A DNA stretch of 63,998 nucleotides, counting the filler, from Olpidium bornovanus S191 (taxonomy: Eukaryota > Fungi > Olpidiomycota): NCBI GenBank assembly GCA_017911155.1. It is 31 parts of 31 records of this genome, joined end to end, with 100 filler letters (N's around TTAATTAATTAA, not from the genome) between each part and the next. Parts side by side here need not be neighbours in the genome. Positions count along the whole stretch, not along the records: positions 1 to 1,035 come from JAEFCI010002680.1; positions 1,136 to 4,957 come from JAEFCI010007956.1; positions 5,058 to 6,443 come from JAEFCI010013432.1; positions 6,544 to 8,046 come from JAEFCI010005502.1; positions 8,147 to 10,778 come from JAEFCI010013524.1; 26 more parts are not named here. One strand, 5' to 3'. Below are positions 1 to 10,878 of this stretch, piece by piece; the first letter of the stretch is position 1; the number at the start of each line of letters is the position of its first letter. The notes under the pieces were generated by a model, which had not been told where the DNA came from, did no database searches, and saw only the letters and a list, made by a program, of their open reading frames with translations. A program made the position numbers and the translations under genes.

Positions 1-471
1 CATGAATGTAAAAGGGATTGGACGGGGTTCTCAACGGTTTCTGCGGTGCTCAGGGCAGTCCAGCGCGCGTCGGTGCGTTGCTTGTGCTGCTTTTCCCCGA
101 CTAACCAATGGCCCGCACGCCCTCGTCCCCATTCACCTGGCCGCCCCACCCGAAATCTCAAACCCCGAACCCCTTTCGGTCAAAACCCCACCAAGCTCCG
201 TCAGTCTCAAAGTGCAACGTTAATTCCGTCGGAAGCTAAGTATGCTAAGAGTCGATGTGAGCGTTTTTGTCGGGAATGGAAGAAAGGGGACAGATGCGTT
301 TTCCGAAGGTCGGTTGCGGAGCGTCCGCTCTTCTCGGGGGATTCCCGTGACGTGGGTGTCAGGGTAGGTAAGTGCCCCGCCTGTCCGCGGATACCCTCGG
401 GCATCGAAAGCGTTCCTGCGCTGCCGGCGCGGCTTCCGGGGCGCTCGCGGGGCGCTCGCGGGTCGCCCGGC

Positions 472-1035
472 TCACGCAGCCGGCGTCGGAGACGCGGGGG
501 CGGCGCCCGGAGCGGGCTGCTGGGGGGCGGGCGTCGGCGCGGCGGGCTGCGGGGTAGCGGGGGCGGGCGTCGGCGCGGCGGGCTGCGGGGTAGCGGGGGC
601 GGGCGTCGGCGCGGCGGGCTGGGGGGCGGCAGGGGTCGGCGCGGCGGGCTGGGGGGCGGCAGGGGTCGGCGCGGCGGGCTGCAGGGGGGCGGCGGTCCGC
701 GCGACGGGCCGCTCGGGGACGGCAGGCGCGGCGCCGGTCGGCGTCGCCGCTCCCTCGGGGAAGGTCGCGGCCTGCTGCGGCGGTTGCGGCGAGAGCGGGG
801 CGGGCCGAGCGGTGGGCAGCGGCGACGCCGGCCCGGGAACGGCCGGCGGGCAGTAGGGCTGGGCGGACGGGCCGACCTGCACGAGGTACACCGACCTGAT
901 CGGCAGAGCCTGCGGCATGCGCACCGACTGCATCCCGGAGTACCGCTCCAGCTCGAGCCGCTGAGCGTCCAGGCGCGACGAGAACGCCCTCGCGGCGGGC
1001 CCGTAGTTTGCCGCCGCTCCTGCGACCGTGCAGCC
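472..1035 (-). CDS. Hypothetical protein, 3' part, ending in a Pro/Ala/Gln-rich repeat tail (5'-truncated)
   Basis: The frame is open from the contig end (GCTVAGAAANYGPAARAFSSRLDAQRLELERYSGMQ...) to a stop at 472 and has PQPAAPTPA repeats. No family recognised. Confidence 0.45.
   Translation of the reverse strand, partial: GCTVAGAAANYGPAARAFSSRLDAQRLELERYSGMQSVRMPQALPIRSVYLVQVGPSAQPYCPPAVPGPASPLPTARPAPLSPQPPQQAATFPEGAATPTGAAPAVPERPVARTAAPLQPAAPTPAAPQPAAPTPAAPQPAAPTPAPATPQPAAPTPAPATPQPAAPTPAPQQPAPGAAPASPTPAA
523..690. repeat. GC-rich coding minisatellite (36-bp and 30-bp units)
   Basis: CGGCGCGGCGGGCTG core repeated five times with 36- and 30-bp periods. It encodes PQPAAPTPAPAT / PQPAAPTPAA on the minus strand. 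Confidence 0.9.
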
Positions 1036-1135
1036 NNNNNNNNNNNNNNNNNNNNNNNNNNNNNNNNNNNNNNNNNNNNTTAATTAATTAANNNNNNNNN
1101 NNNNNNNNNNNNNNNNNNNNNNNNNNNNNNNNNNN
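1036..1135. other. Artificial contig spacer (first of 30 identical 100-bp linkers)
   Basis: 44 N + TTAATTAATTAA (stops in all six frames) + 44 N. Identical spacers start at 4958, 6444, 8047, 10779, 12209, 16038, 17625, 19636, 20859, 22577, 25990, 27236, 29843, 30997, 33305, 34927, 36842, 38270, 42614, 44180, 45330, 47270, 49552, 51815, 54207, 58602, 59824, 61508 and 62870. Genes on different contigs are not neighbours. Confidence 0.99.
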
Positions 1136-3416
1136 AGATGGACGCGCTATCTCTATGGGAGAGGTGGTGAATTCCAGGGATGAAAGATGGGAGTTGCAGC
1201 TTAAAGGTAAGGTAGGTTTTAGCGTTAAAACGTTGAATTTATTGCAGTACCTCATGATTTTTCTCCCTCAATGCAGGCTCCGGCAAAACACCATATTCGC
1301 GGTAAGCATTCGGTCAAACGGAGGTATCTATATGCCTAGGCCGAGAGGACTGAGCGGTGTTTTCTGGATCTTCAGGTTTGGGGATGGCTGGGCAGTGCTT
1401 AGGTCATCCATACGGGAATTTCTTGCCTCGGAAGGTAAGCATTGCTTTTGCCTGGAATTGCGGCAAGGCAACCCTCCATTGCAGGAGACACACACTGACT
1501 TTTAACAGCGATGGCTGCTTTGAATATCCCGACCAGCAGAGCTCTTAGTTGCGTAGTCACGTCGAGGACAGTGCTCCGGGAAGAAGCAGAAAAAGGTGGG
1601 CATCGGTTGTACGTCATATCGTAATCTGGCGATTTTGTTCACAGGCCGCCTTGCGTTTCCTGTTCTCGCAAATACGTGACCTTGAATTCATACAAGGCGC
1701 CGTCGTGTGCCGGCTGGCGCCGAGCTGGATCCGATTTGGCACGTTTGAACTGTTCCATTACCGCGGCGAGCACGACATAGTGAAGAACCTCGCAGACTTT
1801 GTGATCAAACATCACTACCCCGAATTGGACGGGCCGCACGTCGACGCCTTCGGGCACAACAAATACGCGCGTTTCTTTCTCGAGGTCACGAAGCGCACTG
1901 CGGAGACCATTGCGGGATGGCAAGCAATTGGTACGGTAAAATCTCATGGCGGCTGATTTCGTTCACGACTGCTTGAGCTTCGACGGAACAAATCCGAAAA
2001 CGCCGTTATTCTCTTTCTTCTCTTTCCAGGGTTTTGCCACGGAGTGATGAACACAGACAACATGTCGATTCTTGGCATCACTATCGACTACGGGCCATTC
2101 GCTTTCATGGAGGCTTACGGTAAGGCCGCGAACATGGCGTATGGTAAGCTTGTCAGGCGGCGTTCCCGCTCTTACCGTCCGCCAAATCTGGCAGACCCTA
2201 ACTTCATTTGCAACCATTCGGACTCGGAGGTGAGAGGAATGACTGGTTGTGGCAGCGGGATGATGCGGACATGTCGCTCACCGGTTGCAATGTGCTACCG
2301 CTGGCAGGGCCGATATTCCTTCGCGAATCAGCCAAACTCCGCGTTGTGGAACCTCAGCAGGCTGGCCCTGACGCTCCGGAACCTGATCGGCGCACAAACG
2401 AAAGCGGCGGAACCGGACGTCTCGGCCGAGAACAGGGATGCGGAGAGCCTCGGCGCGGACACCGCGGCAGAGATTCTTTGGCGGTTCGAACCGATGTTCA
2501 TGACCGCTTTCGCGAGGCGGATGCGCGAGGTGATATCGCGCTTCTGCGCCGGGGAATTGGCGGAAGGGCGCAGAGAACGTCGTTTGACGGGCGCATATTC
2601 CCCCTCTTTGAAAAAAAAAAATGGCCGTCGCGACCTCGTCCCCGCGTTCCCCAGAAACTCGGACTCCTGTCTGAGGAGCCGTCCGACCTCGACGACGTCG
2701 TCGCTCCGCTGCTCAACGTGCTGTCCGCGGGCAAGATCGACTACTCGCGCTTCTTCCGCCGGCTCTCCTCTTTTGACCCGTTCGCCGCCTCGCCTCGCCA
2801 GCTGCTGGACGCCGTCTCCCCCTCTCCGCCTGACGCGGAGCAGGCGGCGGCGTTCGAGGCGTGGGCGGAGGCGTACAAAGCCAGGATCGGGCGCGACTCG
2901 GGGGGAAAGAACCCGGCCGAGAGGGAGGCGAGGATGAAAAAAGTCAACCCCAAGTTCGTGCTTACGTAGGGTGTTTGCGAAATTTCGAGACCGAGAGCCG
3001 CCGGGGTTGATCGTAAACGACATCTTGCGTGGTCTGAAACCCGTTTTTTTTTTGGCCGTTGAAAACAAAACAAAAAACAATGATATTCCAGGAACTGGAT
3101 CGCGCAGGAGGCGATCGAACGCGCGGAGAAGAAGGATTTCACGGGCGTAAGAGCGGCCCTGCGCGCCTGCGCAGAAATGCCGTTCGCCGACGACCCTTCC
3201 GTCGACGAGGCCGAACGGTGGGCTGGAAAGACGCCGTCGGTAGGGGTTGTCCGCCTACGATGCTTCTTTCCACGCGTTTTCGTCTTGCTAATCAACGTAC
3301 TCCAATTTTTTGTCGATCGCTGGTATTATCGGTGTCCCCAACCGAACACCACGCGCTGTGATGGGCCTACCGTGTTGCAGTGGGGAAAGGGTCTCATTTG
3401 TTCGTGCTCCAGCTGA
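1136..3416 (+). CDS. FMP40: SelO/FMP40 family protein adenylyltransferase (Cys form), multi-exon, 5'-truncated
   Basis: Spliced motifs [100 protein letters not shown]-terminus [11 protein letters not shown] (TGA 3414-3416). Introns are GT-AG. Confidence 0.95.
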
Positions 3417-3616
3417 TTTCAAACACGCGGAACCTTTTCATTGTATTCTCCAAAATACATCAATTTGGCTTTTGTTCGACTGCCATTTACGTAGGCACCA
3501 GTATGGGACAGAACTTGCGTAGGCGTGCCCGCTTAAAATCCTCACAAAAAACGACTTCAGCCAGCTCTGCGTCGCATATTTCCACTGGGTCATAAATGAT
3601 TCCGACCATGCTTTCA

Positions 3617-3725
3617 CCTCTCACAATGTTGGTCCAGGGCGCGAGGAAGCCAACCTGCTTTGCTCCCTTGCTGCCTTCTCCTCTCACATTGTTGGGCCAA
3701 GACGCGAGGAACCTGCCTGGCTCCC
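3617..3725. repeat. Diverged ~63-bp tandem duplication between the convergent SelO and MPP-beta genes
   Basis: CCTCTCACAATGTTGGTCCAGGGCGCGAGGAA..CCTGC..GCTCCC at 3617 versus CCTCTCACATTGTTGGGCCAAGACGCGAGGAACCTGCCTGGCTCCC at 3680. Confidence 0.8.
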
Positions 3726-3935
3726 ATCCTGCTCGGTGGCTCGCCTCTCCGCAACACGCGGTTGGCAGGCCACCGCCGGACAGGCTAATTTAAGGAGATG
3801 ATACAAAGAGAACCCAGAAAGGATGATGTATTTTTATTTTACGGCCGCGTTCAGTACCCAGTTCTCGGTTCTAGGTGGACGGAAAGGAGAAACGGCGACT
3901 GTCGTCGGCGACGGCCCTGGATTGCTACGGCCGAT

Positions 3936-4957
3936 CTACCAGATGTTCCGGGCCATGTGACCGCTGTGCAGGATGCCGAAAAGGAGAGAATCAGCGCTAG
4001 TCTTTCCCAGAAATAAGAATGCTCTCGGAATATCACCGCCATCCGTACGTACCGGATGCTGCAGGTCACAAGAGGCGGAACCGCAGGTCACCGCGGGAAA
4101 AGAGAGATGATTTCAAGACGGTCAAGCAGGTTAACAAAAGGCCACCAGGGAAACACAGGCAAACCCGATTCAGAAACCGCCGCAGGAACGTACCGGACAA
4201 AATCGGTCAGGCCCTCAATCGGTCCGACACCGACAACGGCGACCTCGTTGTCCCAGAGATATGTGCCGGCAACGCGCGAGACGTCCTTCCAGGTGACGCG
4301 GTCGATAAGGGATGAAAACTCGCGGGCCGACAGACGGCTGCCGGTGGCCGAGCCCCGCCTGCCAATGTCGTCGGCGATGGCCGCGCTGCCGGCGCCGGCG
4401 CCATGGGCAATTGCGGTGAGGATCTTATTCTTCGCGATGTGCACGTCGCCTTCCGTGGGAGATTCCGTCAGGCGGGCCCACTCCTTCTGGAGGAACCAGA
4501 CGAAGTCGTCGATGCCAGACAGATTTTCTGACACGATATACGTGCCCCACAAGCCAACGTCAGAGTGGGCCTCGCAAAAGCTCGCATACGAGTTACACAG
4601 CCCATATGAGTCCGCCATGTGCGACACCTTTGTGAACAAATTGTGGCGCGCGCCTAGCGAGCGGTCCCAGGTGCCCACTATGGACTGCATGACCAGGCTG
4701 GTCGGGTAGTCTTCGTCCGTAAGGCCGGGTGACCGCACCCCCAGAGCGACATGCATCTCGTGGGCTGTATCGTCTCGCAGGCGAACGTCGGACCCGACAA
4801 ATCGCGGTTCGTTGCGCTGCGGAGCGGAGCCGCATTTCATGCCACCAAACATCTTAGCGGTAAGCGAGACGAGCTCCTCGTGGTCAACGTTTCCGGCACC
4901 CGCTATCACCAGCCGGTTCGAGGAAATGTTCTCCAAATGGAAAGCGGCGATATCTCG
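3936..4957 (-). CDS. Mitochondrial processing peptidase beta / bc1 core protein 1 family (M16), C-terminal half
   Basis: RFVGSDVRLRDD..MHVALGV..PGLTDEDY, GTWDRSLGA, SDVGLWGTYIVS, LQKEWARL, DDIGR, YLWDNEVAVVGVGPIEGLTD. Spliced end DFVRIRGHMARNIW* uses exons ..4194, 4058-4053 and 3963-3936. Confidence 0.92.
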
Positions 4958-5066
4958 NNNNNNNNNNNNNNNNNNNNNNNNNNNNNNNNNNNNNNNNNNN
5001 NTTAATTAATTAANNNNNNNNNNNNNNNNNNNNNNNNNNNNNNNNNNNNNNNNNNNNGCGTCTGGG

Positions 5067-5106
<40 letters not shown>

Positions 5107-5176
5107 CGGGGGGGGGGGGGGGGGGGGGGGGGGATAGTGAAGCCGCGGCGACAAACACTTACAGACACGTCCGCAG

Positions 5177-5605
5177 GGGGCGGAAGAGGACGAGGACGGA
5201 GTGAAAGATCTGGTGGATCTGGTGCTGAAAAAACTCGACGAGGACCGCGACGGCAGGGTCAACGAGGCGGACTACGTGGCGGCGGTGCAGAAGGAGAGCC
5301 TGCTGCTCGAGGCGTTCGGCCAGTGCCTCCCGACGCCCCGAGCGGCCGAACAGTTCGTGAGCCTGACCGCAGCGGAAGGCGGCGGCGGCGGTGGGGGCGG
5401 CGGCGGCGGCATCGGCATCGGCATCGGCGCGCTCCAGCCGCGCGCCTCCGCCGGCGCCGCGCGGAAGCACAACGCGGCCCCCGCGGTCGCCGGAACGAAC
5501 AGGAAAAAGGTCCACGCCCCGGCGAACAGGGCTTTGCCCCCCCCGGGCGCCGCCCCAGCGGCGGCTGCCAAGAAGCAGGTCAAACGCGGAGTTGCCGTAG
5601 CGTAG
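5177..5605 (+). CDS. EFCAB1: Calaxin / EF-hand calcium-binding domain protein 1, last exon
   Basis: After the acceptor CCGCAG: GAEEDEDGVKDLVDLVLKKLDEDRDGRVNEADYVAAVQKESLLLEAFGQCLP. This matches the recalled EFCAB1 C-terminus ([39 protein letters not shown]) and includes an EF-hand loop DEDRDGRVNEAD. Confidence 0.85.
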   Translation, partial: GAEEDEDGVKDLVDLVLKKLDEDRDGRVNEADYVAAVQKESLLLEAFGQCLPTPRAAEQFVSLTAAEGGGGGGGGGGGIGIGIGALQPRASAGAARKHNAAPAVAGTNRKKVHAPANRALPPPGAAPAAAAKKQVKRGVAVA

Positions 5606-5726
5606 GTTCGGGATGAAATTTTCTTTATTTTTTGTAAACGTTTCGCTCTTTCGAAGACACACGCAGAAAAAAAAAAAAACGGGCCGGAAAACACAGCGAA
5701 ATGCCGTTAGGCCACATCCCCCCCCT

Positions 5727-5761
<35 letters not shown>

Positions 5762-6182
5762 CCCCCCCCCCCCCCTTCCCCCCCCCCGCCCTCCCCCCCA
5801 CACACTCACCGTTCGCCGCCGATCAGCGGCGTTACGAGCGGGCGCAGTGAGAGAACCCGGCCGCGGAGAGCCTGGCCCAATTTTTTTTTTTTCTTTTGCT
5901 TTTTTCTTTTTTGTTGTGCTCTCTGGCCGGGACAAAACGGCGATGATGAGGGCGCCCTGCGTACCTGGGTCTTGTCGTCGTTTGCCTGCATCCCCTGCTG
6001 GGTTGCATTGCCAGCGCGCGGGAGGAGTGCGTGCGTGCGGGAGGCGGCGAGACGACGACACACGGGGGAAACTCTGTCCGTCTCGCCACCTGGGAACCAC
6101 GGAGGAAAAAACCCTCACCGTTCTCTTCCCCCCCACTTCTCAGCAAAACGAACGCGCCCGCTCCCACCACCCGCCCCCTTTC

Positions 6183-6378
6183 CGTCGTGACCGAGCGGGC
6201 CCATAATCGCGCCGATCCCCCTCTCTCCCTTCCCCCCACGCGCGTCCGTCGTGACCGAGCAAGCGCATCCTGGTCCCCTCGCCCTCCCCCTTCACGTGCT
6301 TTCGCGCGGGGGCGTCGCGACCGAGCAGGCCCGTCCCGCGGCCCTCTCTCACCCTTTCCCCCCACCTCCTCACCGAGC
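6183..6378. repeat. Diverged ~65-bp tandem repeat with core CGTCGTGACCGAGC
   Basis: Core at 6183, 6247 and 6313 (one mismatch), partial core at 6371, separated by C-rich spacers. Confidence 0.7.
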
Positions 6379-6406
6379 GGCCAGTCCCGCGCCGATCACC
6401 TTCTCC

Positions 6407-6443
<37 letters not shown>

Positions 6444-6543
6444 NNNNNNNNNNNNNNNNNNNNNNNNNNNNNNNNNNNNNNNNNNNNTTAATTAATTAAN
6501 NNNNNNNNNNNNNNNNNNNNNNNNNNNNNNNNNNNNNNNNNNN

Positions 6544-7627
6544 CCATGGGCAGCACCGGGACGGAAGAGAGCTGCGACACCGACGGCGGCCGGAACAGCG
6601 ACCCCTGGGCCGCCAGGTTTTGCTGCTGCTGCTGCTGCTGCTGCTGTTGCAGCGACTGCTGCGACGGGTAGACCTGCATCGGGAGGCCCTGGCGGTCCTG
6701 CTGCGCCTGCTGCTGGGCGAAGGTAACGGCCGCCTCCCGCCGACGGTTTTCCTCCAGAAACCACCGGTGCTGCATCGCGTCCGGGGCGCTGATGCGGTTC
6801 GCCGGCTGGTACTGGAGCAGCCGGCACAGCAGGTCGAGCCCCCACGGGTCGAAGGACGCGAAGTGGGCGGCGAGGTCCTGGGGCTTGTACTGGGGGAAAT
6901 CCTTCTTGTGGCCGGGCAGCTGCGAAACGCCCTTCCAGACCGACTCGTCGGGCGTGCCCAGGAGGCGGAAGATCTTGAGCAGCTGGTCGTCGTTGTTCGA
7001 CCCGGGGAAGAGCGGCCGGCCGGTGACCATCTCGGCCAGGATGCACCCGCAGGACCACATGTCGATGTGGGTGGAGTAGGTGACGGAACCGAGGAGCACG
7101 TCGGGAGCGCGGTACCACAGGGTGACCACCTCGTTCGAGAAGGTGTTGATGGGTATTCCGAACGCCCGGGCCAGGCCGAAATCCGCGAGCTTAAGCTCGC
7201 CTTGGGCCGAGATAAGTAGGTTCTGCGGCTTCAGGTCCCGGTGGAGGACGCGCTTCTCGTGGCAGAAACCGACCCCGGCCAGGAGCTGGAGCATGAAGTT
7301 GCGCACGACGGGCAGCGGGATGGCGCCGTTCACACCGTAGGTGTCCATGTACTTCTTGAGGTCCATCTCCATGTACTCGAACACCAGCGTCAGCGTGTCC
7401 TCGGTGTGGATGACGTCGTGCAGGCGCACGATGTTGTTGTGCTTGAGCTCTTTCATGAGCGAAATCTCACGGATGGCCGTCGACGGCGCCCCTTCTTCGG
7501 GGTCCAGGTGGATCTCCTTGAGGGCCACCAGCTGCTCCGGCCGGTGCCGGAACTTGCCCTTGTACACCGTGGCATAGGTCCCCTCGCCAAGCTTGTCCAG
7601 GCGGACGTACTTGTCCGCGACAGACAT
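6544..7627 (-). CDS. PHO85: Pho85-type cyclin-dependent kinase, no intron in the visible CDS, polyQ tail, 3'-truncated
   Basis: [98 protein letters not shown] together with [21 protein letters not shown] is characteristic of Pho85. Confidence 0.95.
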
Positions 7628-7761
7628 GCGGACTTGTCTGCCGAGCCCTCCGGGGGCCCCTCCGCCCCACGCGGGTGGTCTCTCTGGGCTCGGGGACTTG
7701 CGACCCCTTGTCGACCTTCTCCCCCTCGAGGCCGGCAGAGAAAGAGAGAGAGAGAGAGAGA

Positions 7762-7793
<32 letters not shown>

Positions 7794-8146
7794 AAAAAAA
7801 ACCTGACGCGCGCGTGCTTCGTCTCTCTCGCTCGCACCTCTCGATCCAGCGTTCGAGCTCCGAGTCGTGCCGCGAACCACAAAAATTTCAGCCCACCACC
7901 CCTCCCCTCCCCTCCCCCGCCCCCTCCCCGCCCCCTTGCCGCAAGTCTCTGCGGCAACCCCATCAGGTGGCGCAAATGGTTTCCCCCAACTCCTTCCAGT
8001 ACCCCGAGAACGTCGGCATAAGGGCTTTGGAGATTTACTTCCCGGCNNNNNNNNNNNNNNNNNNNNNNNNNNNNNNNNNNNNNNNNNNNNTTAATTAATT
8101 AANNNNNNNNNNNNNNNNNNNNNNNNNNNNNNNNNNNNNNNNNNNN

Positions 8147-10488
8147 GAAGAAATCACGATTTAACTTTTCTATACTGCAGTTTTTTTCGAATTGGGTGTA
8201 ATGGCTGACGGCCGAAGGAACCTCACCAACGAAGAACACTACCAGCAGGACAAAAAAGCGGGTCATGTCCCACAACATGTGCTTGAGTGTGATCAGCAGT
8301 GTTCCAAAAAACTGACAACCTGACGTCAGGCTGCAAACTTCACAGTGCAGGAAAGGACAACGTCGTACGGAAATTCGGGGAGTACCTGAAATCCGTCCAG
8401 GACAGCAAACAGTCGAGGCCAAAGAAATACAGCTGATTTGAGCGAGATTAGAGTAAGCAGCGTCCGACAGAACAGACCATCGTCAAGCATGAGCCGATCG
8501 TCCGCGCAGACCGAACATGTTTTTCGTACCATTACAAGCAAGAAGATCAAGCGCAAACACGGACAGGTCGTTATCGGCGCGCTCCAGCGCCATGAATCGC
8601 AGCACGATAAACGTGACAAACGTCTGCTTCCGTCGGCCCGGTCCGTTGGCGAACGCGCAGGCAAACGTCGATTGTCAAAGCCCAACCAATGCCAAATTCA
8701 GATAAACGAACCATGTAAATTATCACATCAAACACGTTCCAGAGGTTTTCCAGGTACCACTGGATCCCGGATTGGCGCAGCTGTTCGATCTCATCAAGCG
8801 TAAATGCAAGCACAAGTACGTCCAGCAATATCTCCGGTGGTGAGGAAAGAGGGGACGACGGACGGCTCACGACGACCGCAGTGTATACCGCAATGAAGAC
8901 TGTGGCAAATTCCCCAAAAAAACTGTCAGCGCCGAAAGCTCGCGGCGAATGCAATCAACAGGCGCCGCCTTGATCCACAAACCGGCGAAAATCAGAATGT
9001 TCGTGATGTACTGGTACCGCGGAACTCGGAGCCGGCTGACTCTGAGGACGTCTCTCCAGCCGAGTTCGAGAGTGGTGTTGTTGTAGATGTTGACGAGCTT
9101 TGGCACGTGCATCCCGAGCTCCTCGTCGCTGAGGCCTCGGCGCCTGCGGTGAGAAGAGGAGGGCTTGAACACCCCAGACGCGGAAGAATTTCGCCGGCCT
9201 GTTCGCGAGTGTGCGGAGCGCGGGTTGGAGAATATTCGATTCCGCAGCAGGCTGCGGCGCTCCTCCTCGTACAACTGGTGATCGGTAGTCGTGCGGGGAA
9301 GTTCATCCTCGTCTTCGTCGTCTTCTAGAAGTTCATCGTCTAACTCCGACGCGAAAAACACGATGTTTCCCCGCCAGATCTGGTTGACCACCTCCTGCAC
9401 CAGCGGGGATGCGGTGAAGTCTTTCGCGCGCGCCAGAATCGCCACCTCCAGCGCATTCATACGTTGGTTCTCCGTGACGAGATTCAGCGCCCGCAGCAAT
9501 GAGTTTGTGTGGTGCCGGCGGCTCTCCCCTTGCGTCGTCGAGAAGTCTAGAAGGCAACAGCGTTATTAGCGATTTGGCAGCAGGCAACGGCGGTGTTCGC
9601 CGGCACAAGTTTTTGGCCATCGCCGCACCAAACGTCAACGCGTCTATCAGGTCACGCATCCCCATGTGCTTCAGCAGCTGGCGAAAGGCAGGTGGGGCGG
9701 GTCATCAAACGGCCCCCTAAAGCGCCCGCTTCGCTTTAGCGGATCAGCGGGGTTGGCGGCGCTTTCACGCACGGCTCTGGCCTCTCCTACCAACCTTTAT
9801 GGCCACCACCTCGCAAACGTTTGCTCTCGTTTTATGAAGCTCCTGGATCGCGAGATCTTCCTCCGCAGCCTTTTGAAACGAGAGCATGTTTACTAAAATC
9901 GCGAATACCGCCGCCTTCATCGGGGTGTTGTCCCTGATGTAGTAAACGACTGGGCAAAACAGTGGCTCACTTAGGACACCCATTGCGCCGGGCACTCAAC
10001 CGCTTCCTAACGAAGCTCTCGCCAGAGGCACTGCCCCGAAACCCAGAGACGACGAAGCTTCCACCCCTTACCGACCCCCCCACCCCCGGGGACTTACGCG
10101 GTCGGATGAGACACAAGCTGCGGGGTCGGGTAAAGGAGAACACGAGAACACGTTAACGTGCGGCCGGCATTTGATCGCGGGGGGGGGGGGCCGGAGCGCA
10201 CGGCGCTGCTACGAGCGTAGGAGGGGGGAGAGTCGTGTGCGGTGATGTGGGGGGGGGGGTCCAGCCAACAGCACCCAAAGAACAAGAAGAAGAAAAAAAA
10301 AAAAAAAAAGAAACCGACTTTACGTCCGGCGACTTGATCTGCTTGGGGGACAGCGAGCAGTCGACGTCGCGCAGTATCAGGGCGTGCAGGTCGTCGATGA
10401 GCTTCGCGACGTCGAGGGTGGAAAGCTCGACGGCTCTCCCTGAGCGGCCGGCCACCCTGTTCCGAGCCTCGGCGTTCTCGGAAAGCAT
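8147..10488 (-). CDS. YVC1: Vacuolar TRP-family cation channel (Yvc1/TRPY1-like), multi-exon, 3'-truncated
   Basis: LIDDLHALILRDVDCSLSPKQIKSPDV, RANVCEVVAIK, MNALEVAILARAKDFTASPLVQEVVNQIWRGNIVFF, RLRVPRYQ, FTLDEIEQLRQSGIQWYLENLWNVFDV, LKHMLWDMTRFFVLL. Confidence 0.85.
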
Positions 10489-10715
10489 GGGTGGGCCCTC
10501 TCTCGTTCCCCTCGGGCAAAGAGGAGGAAGGGGGGCGGGCGGAGGGACAGAGGTCGCAGGAGCCGAACGCGGCCGGAGGAGCCGCCGTTGTGATTGTGCG
10601 GGGAATGGGAAGGAATGTGGTTGGGGGTGTGGGGTTGGGTTGGTGGGTGGTGGGTGGTTGTGGGCGAGTCGAGCAAGAGAAAGAATTAAGAGAGAGCCGA
10701 GAGAGAAACCAGAGG

Positions 10716-10761
<46 letters not shown>

Positions 10762-10878
10762 AAAAAAAAAAAGGGGGANNNNNNNNNNNNNNNNNNNNNN
10801 NNNNNNNNNNNNNNNNNNNNNNTTAATTAATTAANNNNNNNNNNNNNNNNNNNNNNNNNNNNNNNNNNNNNNNNNNNN

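Noticed and set aside
366-373. AGGTAAGT, whose reverse complement ACTTACCT resembles the U1 snRNA 5' end
   Set aside because: The downstream sequence shows no U1 stem-loops or Sm site. It is more simply a consensus 5' splice site.
46-1083. Numerous long Arg/Gly/Pro-rich ORFs in the track (e.g. 46-1083, 14366-15073, 21126-22472, 31112-32158, 47539-48486)
   Set aside because: These are shadow frames opposite or overlapping real GC3-rich genes, or ORFs running through introns and N spacers.
3381-3416. Possible selenocysteine (UGA) form of SelO, since some early-diverging fungi use Sec
   Set aside because: The redox motif is C-S-C-S-S with TGC at the position of human Sec, and the TGA comes after the final SS. 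This is the ordinary Cys form with a normal stop.
6183-6378. CRISPR-like repeat/spacer appearance (also at 63349-63447)
   Set aside because: Repeats are short and degenerate, there are few copies, spacers are low-complexity or related to each other, there are no cas genes, and the genome is eukaryotic.
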